Below, in pieces: positions 1-9,510 of a DNA stretch of 64,000 nucleotides. Location of the stretch: assembly GCA_021797915.1 (NCBI GenBank), contig JAJZYT010000002.1, forward strand, positions 65,040 through 129,039, written 5' to 3'. Position numbers and translations under genes: made by a program. Numbering within the stretch: the stretch's first letter is position 1; each line of letters opens with the position of its first letter. The notes beneath the pieces are model-generated. The model searched no databases. It had not been told where the DNA came from and was given only the letters and a program-made list of their open reading frames with translations. Source of the stretch: Thermoplasmata archaeon (lineage in GTDB: Archaea; Thermoplasmatota; Thermoplasmata; Thermoplasmatales; GCA-001856825).

Positions 1-1
1 A

Positions 2-160
2 ATGATGATTCTGGACCTCCTCAATGACATTAACCTATTGCCAGAGGAGATAGAGTTCGTGACCCACCGTTACCTCGGCAATTACCCTCAAGCCTTCAGC
101 CACCTTTCACTCATAACTACCATCATGGAATACAACAATGCGGTCAAGAACCAGAAGTGA
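2..160 (+). CDS. 3' end of glycoside hydrolase family 15 protein (glucoamylase/trehalase-like), partial at window edge
   Basis: Manual translation MMILDLLNDINLLPEEIEFVTHRYLGNYPQAFSHLSLI...KNQK*; LPEE and LGNYPQAFSH match the GH15 C-terminal motif. Confidence 0.8.
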   Translation: MMILDLLNDINLLPEEIEFVTHRYLGNYPQAFSHLSLITTIMEYNNAVKNQK

Positions 161-269
161 AGGAGATCTACTCTTGTGCTAAGTGCACGAACTCTTAGAT
201 GTTGAAATGGACCAAATTTTGACGGATTGTAGGCCTTTTACCTAGAGTTAAAAACCATTCTCAGTAAGA

Positions 270-323
270 TTTAATAGGGTGATTTGGATTACTACTCAAC
301 AAGCGGTTGTTAACCGAAGGTGG
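270..323 (+). promoter_or_regulatory. Putative hsp20 promoter: TATA-like box, inverted repeats and SD
   Basis: TTTAATA at 270-276; AACAA-N4-TTGTT at 298-311 overlapping CGGTT-N3-AACCG at 304-316; AGGTGG at 318-323 before ATG 329. Confidence 0.45.
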
Positions 324-328
324 TAAAC

Positions 329-880
329 ATGGTTAATAGAAAAAATAGACGAAAAGAAGACGACTTCTGGAGTGACGTCCAAGACTTCCTCCAGAACAAC
401 GACAGGGAATATAGGAGATTCATAGAAAGATGGTTCGATACTTTTGACGAGATCGAGAACATAAAGGAACAGGTCCAACCTGGAACTTATGTTTATGGAT
501 TCACGTACAGATTAGGGGAAGACGGAAAACCAGAGTTCAAAGAATTCGGAAATATTCCTAGGGAGACTAGTGATTATTCGGAATTGCCGAACATGGAATA
601 CAGAGAACCGATAACGGACGTTCAGAAGAGGGAGAATGAAACTGACATTACGGTGGAGCTCCCGGGAGTTACCAAGAGCGACATATCGATCGAAACGAGT
701 GACAATATCCTGGTCTTGAAAGTCGAAAAAGAGGGAAGGAAATATTACAAGGAAGTCGAACTTGATGATGAAGTCCCTCCTGAAAATATCAAGGCTTCGT
801 ATTCGAACGGAGTCCTGGACATAATAGTAAAGAAACCTCAAACAAAGAAGAAGACGGGGAAGAGGATTCCAGTAGATTAG
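329..880 (+). CDS. Archaeal small heat shock protein (Hsp20/alpha-crystallin family)
   Basis: YVYGFTY..G.DGKP.F.EFGN, REPITDV, VELPGV, ASYSNGVLDI motifs; ATG 329 preferred over GTG 320 because of the SD. Confidence 0.92.
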   Translation: MVNRKNRRKEDDFWSDVQDFLQNNDREYRRFIERWFDTFDEIENIKEQVQPGTYVYGFTYRLGEDGKPEFKEFGNIPRETSDYSELPNMEYREPITDVQKRENETDITVELPGVTKSDISIETSDNILVLKVEKEGRKYYKEVELDDEVPPENIKASYSNGVLDIIVKKPQTKKKTGKRIPVD

Positions 881-882
881 GC

Positions 883-1419
883 ATGACAACAGACCTGCTG
901 GACCTCATTGATAATGACATCAGAAGAAAGATTCTGAGCATACTCTCCATTAGGCCCTCGTACACGTTCGAACTCGCAAGGTCGCTAGGGAGTTCGCAGC
1001 AGCTGATAGCAAAGCACATCAAGCTGCTGGAGGACAGTGGCTTGGTTTTCAAAGTGGGAAAAATAGAGTCGGATGAGGGCCCTCCCAGGATCCTTTACAA
1101 GGCCAATCACCCTCTCCTTTCCCTCTTACAGTTCATAGAAAGCATATCGGTTTTCACTAACGAGGAGGAAGAGTCGGAAACTCTGGGAGGTACCTTGCAG
1201 GATCTCATAGTGCAATTGAAAGAGATCGATAACAGGATCAGGCTCCTGGAGGGCGACCTCAAGGAAATGCTCTCTACTAAGCAGAGGCTTTTGCTCGCAA
1301 TTAACGCTCTGCTTCCGGATACCGAAACTTCACTGTTCTTCAGGATGATAGATGAAGCTTTCGAGAAGGGGAATTTTGATCTGTTTTTTCAGGCAGTAAA
1401 GAATCGCAGATTGGAATGA
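883..1419 (+). CDS. ArsR-family wHTH regulator with C-terminal coiled coil (heat-shock repressor-like)
   Basis: N..RRKIL..LS.RP, SQQLIAKHIKLLEDSGLV, GPPRILY; 2 bp after hsp20. Confidence 0.8.
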   Translation: MTTDLLDLIDNDIRRKILSILSIRPSYTFELARSLGSSQQLIAKHIKLLEDSGLVFKVGKIESDEGPPRILYKANHPLLSLLQFIESISVFTNEEEESETLGGTLQDLIVQLKEIDNRIRLLEGDLKEMLSTKQRLLLAINALLPDTETSLFFRMIDEAFEKGNFDLFFQAVKNRRLE

Positions 1420-1613
1420 AAAGCGAAAGGAGCAGATCAGATCGCCTGTCACTCATCATACTCAGTTAAGGCTAAACTCATCACACTGCTCCTAATGGCT
1501 TAGCATATGATCACTTCCCTTTGAATAGTTCTTTTCATTTGTGGCAGTTACTTCCACTGAATGAGCAGATATTTCTCGATAACATATTTATAGAAATTTG
1601 ATTTGAAATCGCT

Positions 1614-2246
1614 GTGCCCCACGTACCTTCAGTTGCAGAGGCTAAGAAGAATCTGTCAAAGAAATCCAAGGTCATGATCGTCGTGGTCATCATACTGGCG
1701 GTCACAACCATCGGAGTATTTGGAGCCCATGAGCTTACTCTGAGCAGATCCCTCTCTCCGGGCAACATGATTTTGACTTCGGGTGAGATCGGAACGGTAA
1801 TGCACAACAGTAGTAGATGGAATGTTGCATTTCTGCCAAGTGACAACAACATTGCGAGTGCCGACTATACCAATGCATCTCCAGTCCCTCCTTATGGAGG
1901 GAACGTAACCTCTCCGAACATAATACTGGCAATCATCGAGAACTCATCAAACAGGTCGGCGCTCTCCGGATACCACTACCTGGAATCGCATCTGCTTTCA
2001 GTAATTTCGAGTGGAGTAGCTCTGGGAAAGTTGACGAACATCAGCATTGCCAACTATTCTGGAGATTATTTCGGTTTCTATAATTCCACAAAGAGCATAG
2101 GTGCAATTGTGGCGACCGAAGCCAATTACATCATAGTTGTCATTGTCTATAATCTAGGACTGGGCGACCTCACCCACCTGTTCAAACTGCAGGTAGACAA
2201 GATCATCAAAATAACTGGACATGATTCATCTCATTTCATAATTTAG
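1614..2246 (+). CDS. Hypothetical membrane-anchored/secreted protein
   Basis: Basic N-terminus followed by one hydrophobic helix; several N-x-S/T sequons; start uncertain. Confidence 0.65.
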   Translation: MPHVPSVAEAKKNLSKKSKVMIVVVIILAVTTIGVFGAHELTLSRSLSPGNMILTSGEIGTVMHNSSRWNVAFLPSDNNIASADYTNASPVPPYGGNVTSPNIILAIIENSSNRSALSGYHYLESHLLSVISSGVALGKLTNISIANYSGDYFGFYNSTKSIGAIVATEANYIIVVIVYNLGLGDLTHLFKLQVDKIIKITGHDSSHFII

Positions 2247-2347
2247 AGAATGTACCATTGCACCGTTCAGAGTCCCTGCAAAAGGAGTATAAGAATGGAA
2301 ATTCACATGTGAAATAGTAAGCCATATAGTTCACCAAAACGAGAAAT

Positions 2348-2914
2348 ATGGGATTAGGATTGTTACTAGTGTACTCAAGACGTGGAGATACGGGAGAGAC
2401 GGACACCCCTTCTGGAAAGAGAGTGACGAAGGACACCCCAGTCATTGAATGGGAGGGAACTCTGGACGAGCTGATTTCGCACATAGGTTATTCGAAAGTA
2501 CAGCTATCGTGGGACGACATGAAAAGCGACCTTTCTCAGGTGCAGACCGATCTGTTCCACCTGGGGGAAGAGATACTAACATCAGGCAAGGGACGTAAGC
2601 TAAGAGACGAAGGAGTATCTTGGATGGAGGGCAGGATAGCTACCTACCTCAAGGAGATAGGAGAAGTCAAGTTGTTCGTCATCCCCGGTGGGTCGCAAGA
2701 GGCTGCTGTCCTGCAACTATCGCGTGCCGTGACACGGAGGGCAGAGAGAAGGCTCGTGGAACTCAACATCAAGGAGAAAGTCAATCCGCTTTCGCTGCAG
2801 TACATAAACAGGCTCTCCTCCCTGATTTTCATGATGGCACTTGCAGCAAACAAGCGAAGAAAATTTACTGAGGTATTGTTCCCGTGGCCCAACCCAGACA
2901 CCAAGAGCAAGTGA
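2348..2914 (+). CDS. pduO: ATP:cob(I)alamin adenosyltransferase, PduO type
   Basis: YSRRGDTGET, GTLDELISHIG, FVIPGGS, RAVTRRAER, YINRLSS; true start may be GTG 2369. Confidence 0.92.
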   Translation: MGLGLLLVYSRRGDTGETDTPSGKRVTKDTPVIEWEGTLDELISHIGYSKVQLSWDDMKSDLSQVQTDLFHLGEEILTSGKGRKLRDEGVSWMEGRIATYLKEIGEVKLFVIPGGSQEAAVLQLSRAVTRRAERRLVELNIKEKVNPLSLQYINRLSSLIFMMALAANKRRKFTEVLFPWPNPDTKSK

Positions 2915-2947
2915 TGATATTCAAATAGAAACTCGTGATACCGTTGC

Positions 2948-3301
2948 ATGGCTCAATCTGTTGTTAAGGGAGCCTCTGAAATAAAACAGCTGGACCTAGA
3001 GGGTGGGGGAAAAATCAGGTGGCTTATCACCCACAAAGACGGAGCTAGAAATTTCTCAATGAGACTGATAACGGTCCCGAAGGGCCGATCAACTCCTGAC
3101 CATAGCCACGATTATGAACATGAGATATTCGTACTTGAGGGAAAGGGAGAGGCGACCCTGGATAGTAGGACTACTCTCTTCAACCGAGACAGTTTCCTGT
3201 TCATTCCTGGGGGAGTGATGCACACAATGACAGCTCTAGAAGATCTGAAAATGATTTGCATTGTCCCAATTTCTGCTGCAATAAAGATACTAGGCCCCTG
3301 A
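2948..3301 (+). CDS. Cupin domain protein
   Basis: TPDHSHDYEHEIFVLEG and FIPGGVMH cupin metal-binding motifs. Confidence 0.88.
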   Translation: MAQSVVKGASEIKQLDLEGGGKIRWLITHKDGARNFSMRLITVPKGRSTPDHSHDYEHEIFVLEGKGEATLDSRTTLFNRDSFLFIPGGVMHTMTALEDLKMICIVPISAAIKILGP

Positions 3302-3396
3302 ACAATCTTTTGATGTGCTACGAGCCACCTTTGCTGATACACGGCGAGCGGTTAGAAAACAGAATTTAGAAAATAAAGAAAATAAAAGTGGGAAAA

Positions 3397-4644
3397 TTAC
3401 TCCACTGATGCGTACTTCTTGTTGAGTTTCTCAGGGGTCGTGAATTTGAAGAACTGCTCAAAGATAGGATCTGCAGTGCCCATCAGGGTCATCCAGTAGA
3501 TTCTAGCCATGCTCATTTTCATAAAGTGTTTGGTGGCCGTCGGGGGGTACGGAACAACTGGATTGTTGTAATCTGCAATTACAAATGTTGCCTTCCCGTA
3601 TGCTGTGTCGAACGGACAGTTTATTCTCCCATTGAATTCGGAATATTTTCCCTGAATGAGTTCAGAAACCGTCATGGCCTCAAGATGTGCGGTCACACCA
3701 GTCTTGGATGTAGGTAACGTATTGCAATCTCCTATGGCAAACGCGTCGTCGTATCCAGGTATTTTCATGTGATTCTTGTCAGCCTTTATGAACCTGTCTT
3801 CGTCCTGAACCGTCTCCGGGATGAACTTGATTTTAGGTCCCTTGCAGGGTGGAACAATTATCGGAAGATCGTACTTCAACGATTCCCCCTCAAGCGAATT
3901 GATCGTCTTGTTTTGACCGTCGATCGTATCAACATCGAAGAAAGGCATTACCTCGATTCCCCTTTCCTTCACCATGGGCTCTACTACCCTATTCATGGGT
4001 TCTGCCGAATAGGCCCTTGGAAAAGGTGTGAAGAACACTATCCTTGACTTCCCCTTTGTCCCTGTTTTTGCGGGATCGTTCACGTTGGAAGGCGAAACGG
4101 GATCAGAGGTTCCAACACTCATACCCATTCCTCTAAGACGCTCCTCCAGAAGGAAGGCTCCCTCCAGCAGAGAAGGAGGACATTTGCAAGTCGGAGATGA
4201 CTGGCCAATTGCGATTGTACCGCCCTTGAAATTCTTGACATGGGACCACAATTTCTGAGAGTTGTAAACGCTGGAGTGATAGTCTCCATACTCGTCGTAG
4301 ATTTGTCTTAATCCTGGGATAGAGTCGGGATCTGGAGACGTGCCTGTGGCAATTGCAATATAGTCGTAGTTGTAGACTACCTTCCTTGACCCGTACGCCT
4401 TTCTTTCATCCAGGTTTATCTCTGTAATCTCGTCCTTAACGAAATTTACTCCTGGTCTAACCAGTTCTCCGATAGGCCTTGATATTTTTCTTTGTGAACC
4501 TTTAAAAGCTATATATAGGAACCATGGCTGGTAGAAATGCAAGTCACTCTTATCGACTATGGTTACATCAAATTCGTTTGTATCCAAGTGGTTCGCAAGG
4601 ATGAGACCTCCGCCACCACCGCCAATTATCAATACCTTCTTCAT
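3397..4644 (-). CDS. Sulfide:quinone oxidoreductase-family FAD oxidoreductase
   Basis: IIGGGGGG FAD motif, HFYQP, KCPP and NCPFDT cysteines, FAIGDC; co-oriented with tusA and dsrE. Confidence 0.8.
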   Translation of the reverse strand: MKKVLIIGGGGGGLILANHLDTNEFDVTIVDKSDLHFYQPWFLYIAFKGSQRKISRPIGELVRPGVNFVKDEITEINLDERKAYGSRKVVYNYDYIAIATGTSPDPDSIPGLRQIYDEYGDYHSSVYNSQKLWSHVKNFKGGTIAIGQSSPTCKCPPSLLEGAFLLEERLRGMGMSVGTSDPVSPSNVNDPAKTGTKGKSRIVFFTPFPRAYSAEPMNRVVEPMVKERGIEVMPFFDVDTIDGQNKTINSLEGESLKYDLPIIVPPCKGPKIKFIPETVQDEDRFIKADKNHMKIPGYDDAFAIGDCNTLPTSKTGVTAHLEAMTVSELIQGKYSEFNGRINCPFDTAYGKATFVIADYNNPVVPYPPTATKHFMKMSMARIYWMTLMGTADPIFEQFFKFTTPEKLNKKYASVE

Positions 4645-4657
4645 GGCAATCTTCCGT

Positions 4658-4894
4658 TTATCTCTTGTTTATCTTTATTCTGATGACTATCTTGTCCGGG
4701 TCTTCTCTGGATTCCAATATCTCATTTCCAGTCTTCGTTGCCCATGCCTGAGTGTCAGCCTTCACTCCCTTGTCCGTAGCCCACATCTCGAATATGTCGC
4801 CCACTTTGGAGTTCCTGTAAGCTCTAGCAAGATCCGTAATTGGACCCGGGCATGCCGCTCCTCTAGAATCTATTATCTTAACACCAGCATCCAT
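4658..4894 (-). CDS. tusA: Sulfur carrier protein TusA family
   Basis: IDSRGAACPGP (CPxP) motif; ATG 4894 preceded by GAGGTGA SD. Confidence 0.9.
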   Translation of the reverse strand: MDAGVKIIDSRGAACPGPITDLARAYRNSKVGDIFEMWATDKGVKADTQAWATKTGNEILESREDPDKIVIRIKINKR

Positions 4895-4904
4895 CTTTTT
4901 CACC

Positions 4905-5309
4905 TCATATGAAGAGTGTTTGTCCGCCTTCTGCTTGCTGGAGGAAAGTTGCTGCTCCTACCATATCGTCGACTATTGGGTCGAGATCCTCTCTCTTTAT
5001 ACCCATAACTCCACACGCCATAGAGCAGGCGTAGACTTTTGCACCGAATTCCTTGGCTTCCTTGATCATGCTGTACCAAGATGCAACATGCTCCCTTGCC
5101 ATCCCTTCCATCATGGCTTGCCCCATGTGTTCGAATTCCTTCGGCATTATCATCTTCTTCTCTCCCTTTGTAAAGCTCAGCAATCCCCAGAATGTCACAA
5201 AAATATTCACTTCAGAGCCCATCGCAGCTGCTGCTTGTGAGAGAACTCCTGCGGAAAGAATCTTGTCTGTAGTTCCGCTGAATACTATTATAGATAGTTT
5301 ATTTCCCAT
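4905..5309 (-). CDS. DsrE/DsrE2-like sulfurtransferase
   Basis: LSIIVFSG..DK, IFVTFWGL, YACSMAC.VMGI...DL, GAATFL motifs. Confidence 0.88.
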   Translation of the reverse strand: MGNKLSIIVFSGTTDKILSAGVLSQAAAAMGSEVNIFVTFWGLLSFTKGEKKMIMPKEFEHMGQAMMEGMAREHVASWYSMIKEAKEFGAKVYACSMACGVMGIKREDLDPIVDDMVGAATFLQQAEGGQTLFI

Positions 5310-5450
5310 AGGTCAACACCTAATTAGAAATGCTTTTCGGTGATTTAATCCAATGCCTAAATATAGTTATAGTTCTTATTATTTTTAGGTAGACTAAAGT
5401 CAGTTAAAGTCCATGGAATCGACTTCATGAAGCGATATGCCAAACTAATA

Positions 5451-8447
5451 TCATTCTAGTTCCTCAATCGGTTGTACTGAAATCTTCTCGGAGTTTGCTA
5501 TCACTTCGGCGAAAGCTGCTGCCTGAGATCTGGTGCTCATATAGAGGACTCTCCTCTCATAGCATGCTCGTCTCATCAGTTTACCATCAGCTTCTGATTT
5601 ATAGTTTTCAGACAATATGTTGATGACTCCTGAGATGTTTCCGAGCTTTAGCATGTCTAAGGCATTTTGACTGCCTTCAAAAATTTTCTTAATCTTCACT
5701 GAATTTATGCCATATTTTGTCAGTCTGTCATGCGTCCCTTCTGTGCTATAGATGACCTTCCCTGAATCATTAATAATTTTAATTATTCCTAAATATTCGT
5801 TGATCCGTTTAGACGTAATTGATACGATTACCCCCTCCTTGGAAATGTCGTAACCGGCCGCTCTATAGCCGTTGAATAGCGCATGTTTCAGGTCCTTCCC
5901 TATTCCAATAACTTCGCCGGTGCTTTTCATCTCTGGACCCAGAACAACATCTGACCCCTTGAGTTTATCAAACGGAAAAATGGGCACCTTCACTCCTACG
6001 AGCTCCGTTCCCCTCGAGTTTTCATATATCTTTCCACCGAGCAATACATCTACAGAAAGCTCAGATAGATTTACCCCTGAAATCTTGGAGACAAAGGGGA
6101 ATGTTCTCGAAGATCTCGGGTTGATCTCTATGATGTGAACGACGTTGTCCTTGATGGCAAACTGGATGTTTATTGGACCGACGATGTTGAGCCTCTTGCA
6201 GATAAGTTTCGTATACTCTTTCATGGTTTCCCGGATGTGATTCGCAATGTTTATTGATGGGAATATGCTAGTTGAATCTCCGGAATGGATTCCAGCCTCT
6301 TCTATGTGCTCTATGATCCCGGGTATCATGACTCTCTCTCCATCCGAGACCCCATCGATCTCAGCCTCGATTGAATTTTCTAGATACTTCTCCACCAGAA
6401 ATTCCCTGACAAACCGGCCATGGAACTTCAGATATTCTTCCGCTTCTTCCTGAGATTTCAAAATGGCCATGTGCGCTCCGGATATGGTATAGGAAGGTCT
6501 AACGATAATGGGGAACGAAAGCTTCTTCACTGCTTCCGTAAACGAGTCTAAAGAAGCAAAATGGTATTCTGGATAAGGGATGTTCATTTCCTTCATCAGT
6601 TCCGCGAACTTTTCCCTAGTTTCCAGGGTATCAATTGAATCCACGCCCGTGCCCAATATTTGGATTCTGGTTCCAAATTCCTGCTGAATTCTCTTGAGGA
6701 TATTGATCGGTCTCTGACCACCAAACCACGGCACGAGATATTTAGCGGAGGAGTTCTGGATGACATTTCTTACCGTCTCAAAGTCGACGGGGTCGAAGAT
6801 GAGGAAGTCGCTCTCGTCAAAGTCTGTAGATACAGTCTCGGGGTTGTCGTTCACCATTATTACCTTATACCCTTTCTTCCTCAGACTGTGTGAGATGTGC
6901 ACGCAGCTGTAGTCAAATTCTATACCCTGTCCAATCGTTATCGGACCTCCACCCAGAACAATCACATCTCCCTGGATCTTTTTACCCGGGTTGGAAGAAT
7001 AGTAGTAAGGAGTTTTAACGTCGAATTCTCCCGCACAGGTATCGACTATCGAAAATCCTGCCGAAGAGTTTTCTTCCTCGAACGCAGTTATCAGTTCGCT
7101 CACGAATAGTTTGTTCCAACCGGTGAGAGAAGATATTTTTTCCAGATCGTAACCGTGCTTGTGTGCTTCCATTATTTGAAGTTCCCTTTCCGGATTCGGA
7201 ATGGTCAGGAGTGTTTCATCAAAATTCACTCTCTTGTGAAGCATCCCCGTTGATCTCAGAGATTTTCTGAATGCTTCTGAAAGAGTCTTGCCTATGCTCA
7301 TGGCCTCTCCCGTGCTCTTCATCTGAGTTCCGAGCTTGAAGTCTTCCTCTGGGAATTTTTCAACAGGCCAGACCGGGCACTTGACTACCACATAATCTAT
7401 TGCAGGCTCTCTTGCGGCATTGGTCTCTCCGGTTACGGTGTTCTCGATCTCTGTCAGCTTCCTTCCCAGAGATATGAGCGCCGCGACCCTTGCTATTGGA
7501 TATCCTGTCGCTTTCGATGCGAGGGCAGAAGACCTTGACAGTCTGGGGTTTACCTCAATCACATAATACTCCCCCGTTCCGTTGTTGAATGCGAATTGTA
7601 CATTGCAAGCACCAACGATGTTGAGATTTTCCGCAATCTTGAGTGCGGAGTTTCTGATCTTCTGATAATTGAAATCGTTGAGCGTCAGGAACGGTGTTAC
7701 TACTATGCTGTCTCCGGTGTGCACCCCCATCGGGTCAACGTTTTCCATTGTACAGACCGCTATCTTATTCCCGGCGGAATCTCTTACAACTTCGACCTCG
7801 AGTTCGTTCCATCCGATCACCGACTTTTCTATCAGGATTGCACCAACCTCGGAGAGAAACAGGCCCTGTTCAACGATCGACCTGAGCTCCTCTACGTTCC
7901 GTGCAATTCCTCCTCCTGACCCTCCCAGAGTGAATGATGGCCGGACAACTATTGGAAAACCAATCTGCTTCGAGTACTTTATAGAGTCCTGAAGAGTTGA
8001 ACAGTAGAATGATTCGAGAACCGGTTCTCCGATTTCTTGCATTTTCTCTTTGAATTTGAGTCTGTCCTCCGACACGTTCACGACGTCTGGCTGAGTTCCC
8101 AGTATTCTCACATTCCTTGACGATAGGACGTTCGATTTCCAGAGTTCTACCAGTAGGTTGAGGCCAGTCTGCCCTCCGAAAGTACCAAGGATCGCGTCTG
8201 GTCTTTCATCGTCTATGAGTTGGGTGATGCTCTCAAGGTTTAATGGGACCATCTTTGGCCTGATTCCTTCCCTCCGGTCCGTTTGGATTGTCGCAGGATT
8301 GGAATTTGCAACTACAACTTCAATTCCCTCCTTCACCATTGCCTTTATTGCCTGGTTGCCCGAGTAATCAAACTCGGCAGACTGCCCGATGACTATAGGC
8401 CCCGAACCTATGATAAGTATCTTCCTCGGGAGAGGTTCAGTGTTCAT
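5451..8447 (-). CDS. carB: Carbamoyl-phosphate synthase large subunit
   Basis: GSGPIVIGQSAEFDYSG, RPSFTLGGSGGG, HTGDS, EVNPRLSRSSALASKATGYPIA, second ATP-grasp half and MGS domain. Confidence 0.97.
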   Translation of the reverse strand: MNTEPLPRKILIIGSGPIVIGQSAEFDYSGNQAIKAMVKEGIEVVVANSNPATIQTDRREGIRPKMVPLNLESITQLIDDERPDAILGTFGGQTGLNLLVELWKSNVLSSRNVRILGTQPDVVNVSEDRLKFKEKMQEIGEPVLESFYCSTLQDSIKYSKQIGFPIVVRPSFTLGGSGGGIARNVEELRSIVEQGLFLSEVGAILIEKSVIGWNELEVEVVRDSAGNKIAVCTMENVDPMGVHTGDSIVVTPFLTLNDFNYQKIRNSALKIAENLNIVGACNVQFAFNNGTGEYYVIEVNPRLSRSSALASKATGYPIARVAALISLGRKLTEIENTVTGETNAAREPAIDYVVVKCPVWPVEKFPEEDFKLGTQMKSTGEAMSIGKTLSEAFRKSLRSTGMLHKRVNFDETLLTIPNPERELQIMEAHKHGYDLEKISSLTGWNKLFVSELITAFEEENSSAGFSIVDTCAGEFDVKTPYYYSSNPGKKIQGDVIVLGGGPITIGQGIEFDYSCVHISHSLRKKGYKVIMVNDNPETVSTDFDESDFLIFDPVDFETVRNVIQNSSAKYLVPWFGGQRPINILKRIQQEFGTRIQILGTGVDSIDTLETREKFAELMKEMNIPYPEYHFASLDSFTEAVKKLSFPIIVRPSYTISGAHMAILKSQEEAEEYLKFHGRFVREFLVEKYLENSIEAEIDGVSDGERVMIPGIIEHIEEAGIHSGDSTSIFPSINIANHIRETMKEYTKLICKRLNIVGPINIQFAIKDNVVHIIEINPRSSRTFPFVSKISGVNLSELSVDVLLGGKIYENSRGTELVGVKVPIFPFDKLKGSDVVLGPEMKSTGEVIGIGKDLKHALFNGYRAAGYDISKEGVIVSITSKRINEYLGIIKIINDSGKVIYSTEGTHDRLTKYGINSVKIKKIFEGSQNALDMLKLGNISGVINILSENYKSEADGKLMRRACYERRVLYMSTRSQAAAFAEVIANSEKISVQPIEELE

Positions 8448-9432
8448 GCATCATCCTCCTGAATTCCTTGAAGATCCCAAGCTCGTCTGTTGGTCCTGGT
8501 CCTCCCTCCGGATGAAACTGTGAGGTCAGGAAGTTCTTTCCTTCTAGGCCTTCGTTGCTCCCATCATTCAGGGACCTGTATCTCTCTCTCACTCCCTCTT
8601 GCTTATCATAAACAACCGTGAATCCGTGATTGTGGGTGGTGATGCCTATCCTGCCGGAGGAAAGATCTTCGACAGGATGGTTTATGCTCCTGTGCCCAAA
8701 CTTCATCTTCTCTGTCTTCAGCCCCACCGAGAGTGAAATCAGTTGATGTCCCAGACAGATTCCCAGTGTCGGCTTCTTACCTATGACATCCTTCAACGAC
8801 CGCACCATCTCGTTAAGATCACTGAATTCTGGATCACCCGGTCCGTTGGAAACTATCACTCCATCCACTTTTTCAATCTGCCGTGGATTAAACTGATCGT
8901 AAGGAATTATTGAAACAGAGTAGTCCCCGAGGAATTTCAGGATGTTTCTCTTGAACCCGAGGTCAATCAGCAACAGCTCCCCTTCTTTTCTACCGGTGTC
9001 CTCAATAGTTTCATCAATAAGATTTGAACTGTATGGATTTATGAATCTGTTTTCTGAGAATGAACCCAGCTTGTTACCGTTGACCCGGATGAAATCTACA
9101 ATCTTCCTCGTTTCCTTAGTTATTATTCCTGGAACTCCAAACTTTTCCAGGTACGAAGAAAATTCCTCCTTGAGGATTTTAGGAATGTGGTTTACCACGA
9201 CTCCTCTGACTCTGGGGCGTCCACTCTCACCTTCTTCGCCAACCCCGTATGAACCGATGAACGGGAATGAAAATACGAGTATCTGACCAGAGTAGCTGGG
9301 GTCCGTTATTGACTTGAGATAACCGGAAGGTGAGGTGTTAAAAACGAGTTCTCCCTGAGAAACAACGTCCCTGCCAATGGATTCCCCCTCAAACACACCC
9401 AACCCATCGACGTATAGCTTGCCTGATCTCAC
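8437..9432 (-). CDS. carA: Carbamoyl-phosphate synthase small subunit
   Basis: GELVFNT, TDPSYSGQI, SNGPGDP, GICLGHQ, QFHPE triad. Confidence 0.96.
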   Translation of the reverse strand: MRSGKLYVDGLGVFEGESIGRDVVSQGELVFNTSPSGYLKSITDPSYSGQILVFSFPFIGSYGVGEEGESGRPRVRGVVVNHIPKILKEEFSSYLEKFGVPGIITKETRKIVDFIRVNGNKLGSFSENRFINPYSSNLIDETIEDTGRKEGELLLIDLGFKRNILKFLGDYSVSIIPYDQFNPRQIEKVDGVIVSNGPGDPEFSDLNEMVRSLKDVIGKKPTLGICLGHQLISLSVGLKTEKMKFGHRSINHPVEDLSSGRIGITTHNHGFTVVYDKQEGVRERYRSLNDGSNEGLEGKNFLTSQFHPEGGPGPTDELGIFKEFRRMMHEH

Positions 9433-9510
9433 TCTGACCTTTAGCGTATAGTGACTCTGAATAAAAATTTAAGGGTAAGAAAGAAGAGAATCATGAGTAT
9501 CAAACTGATA

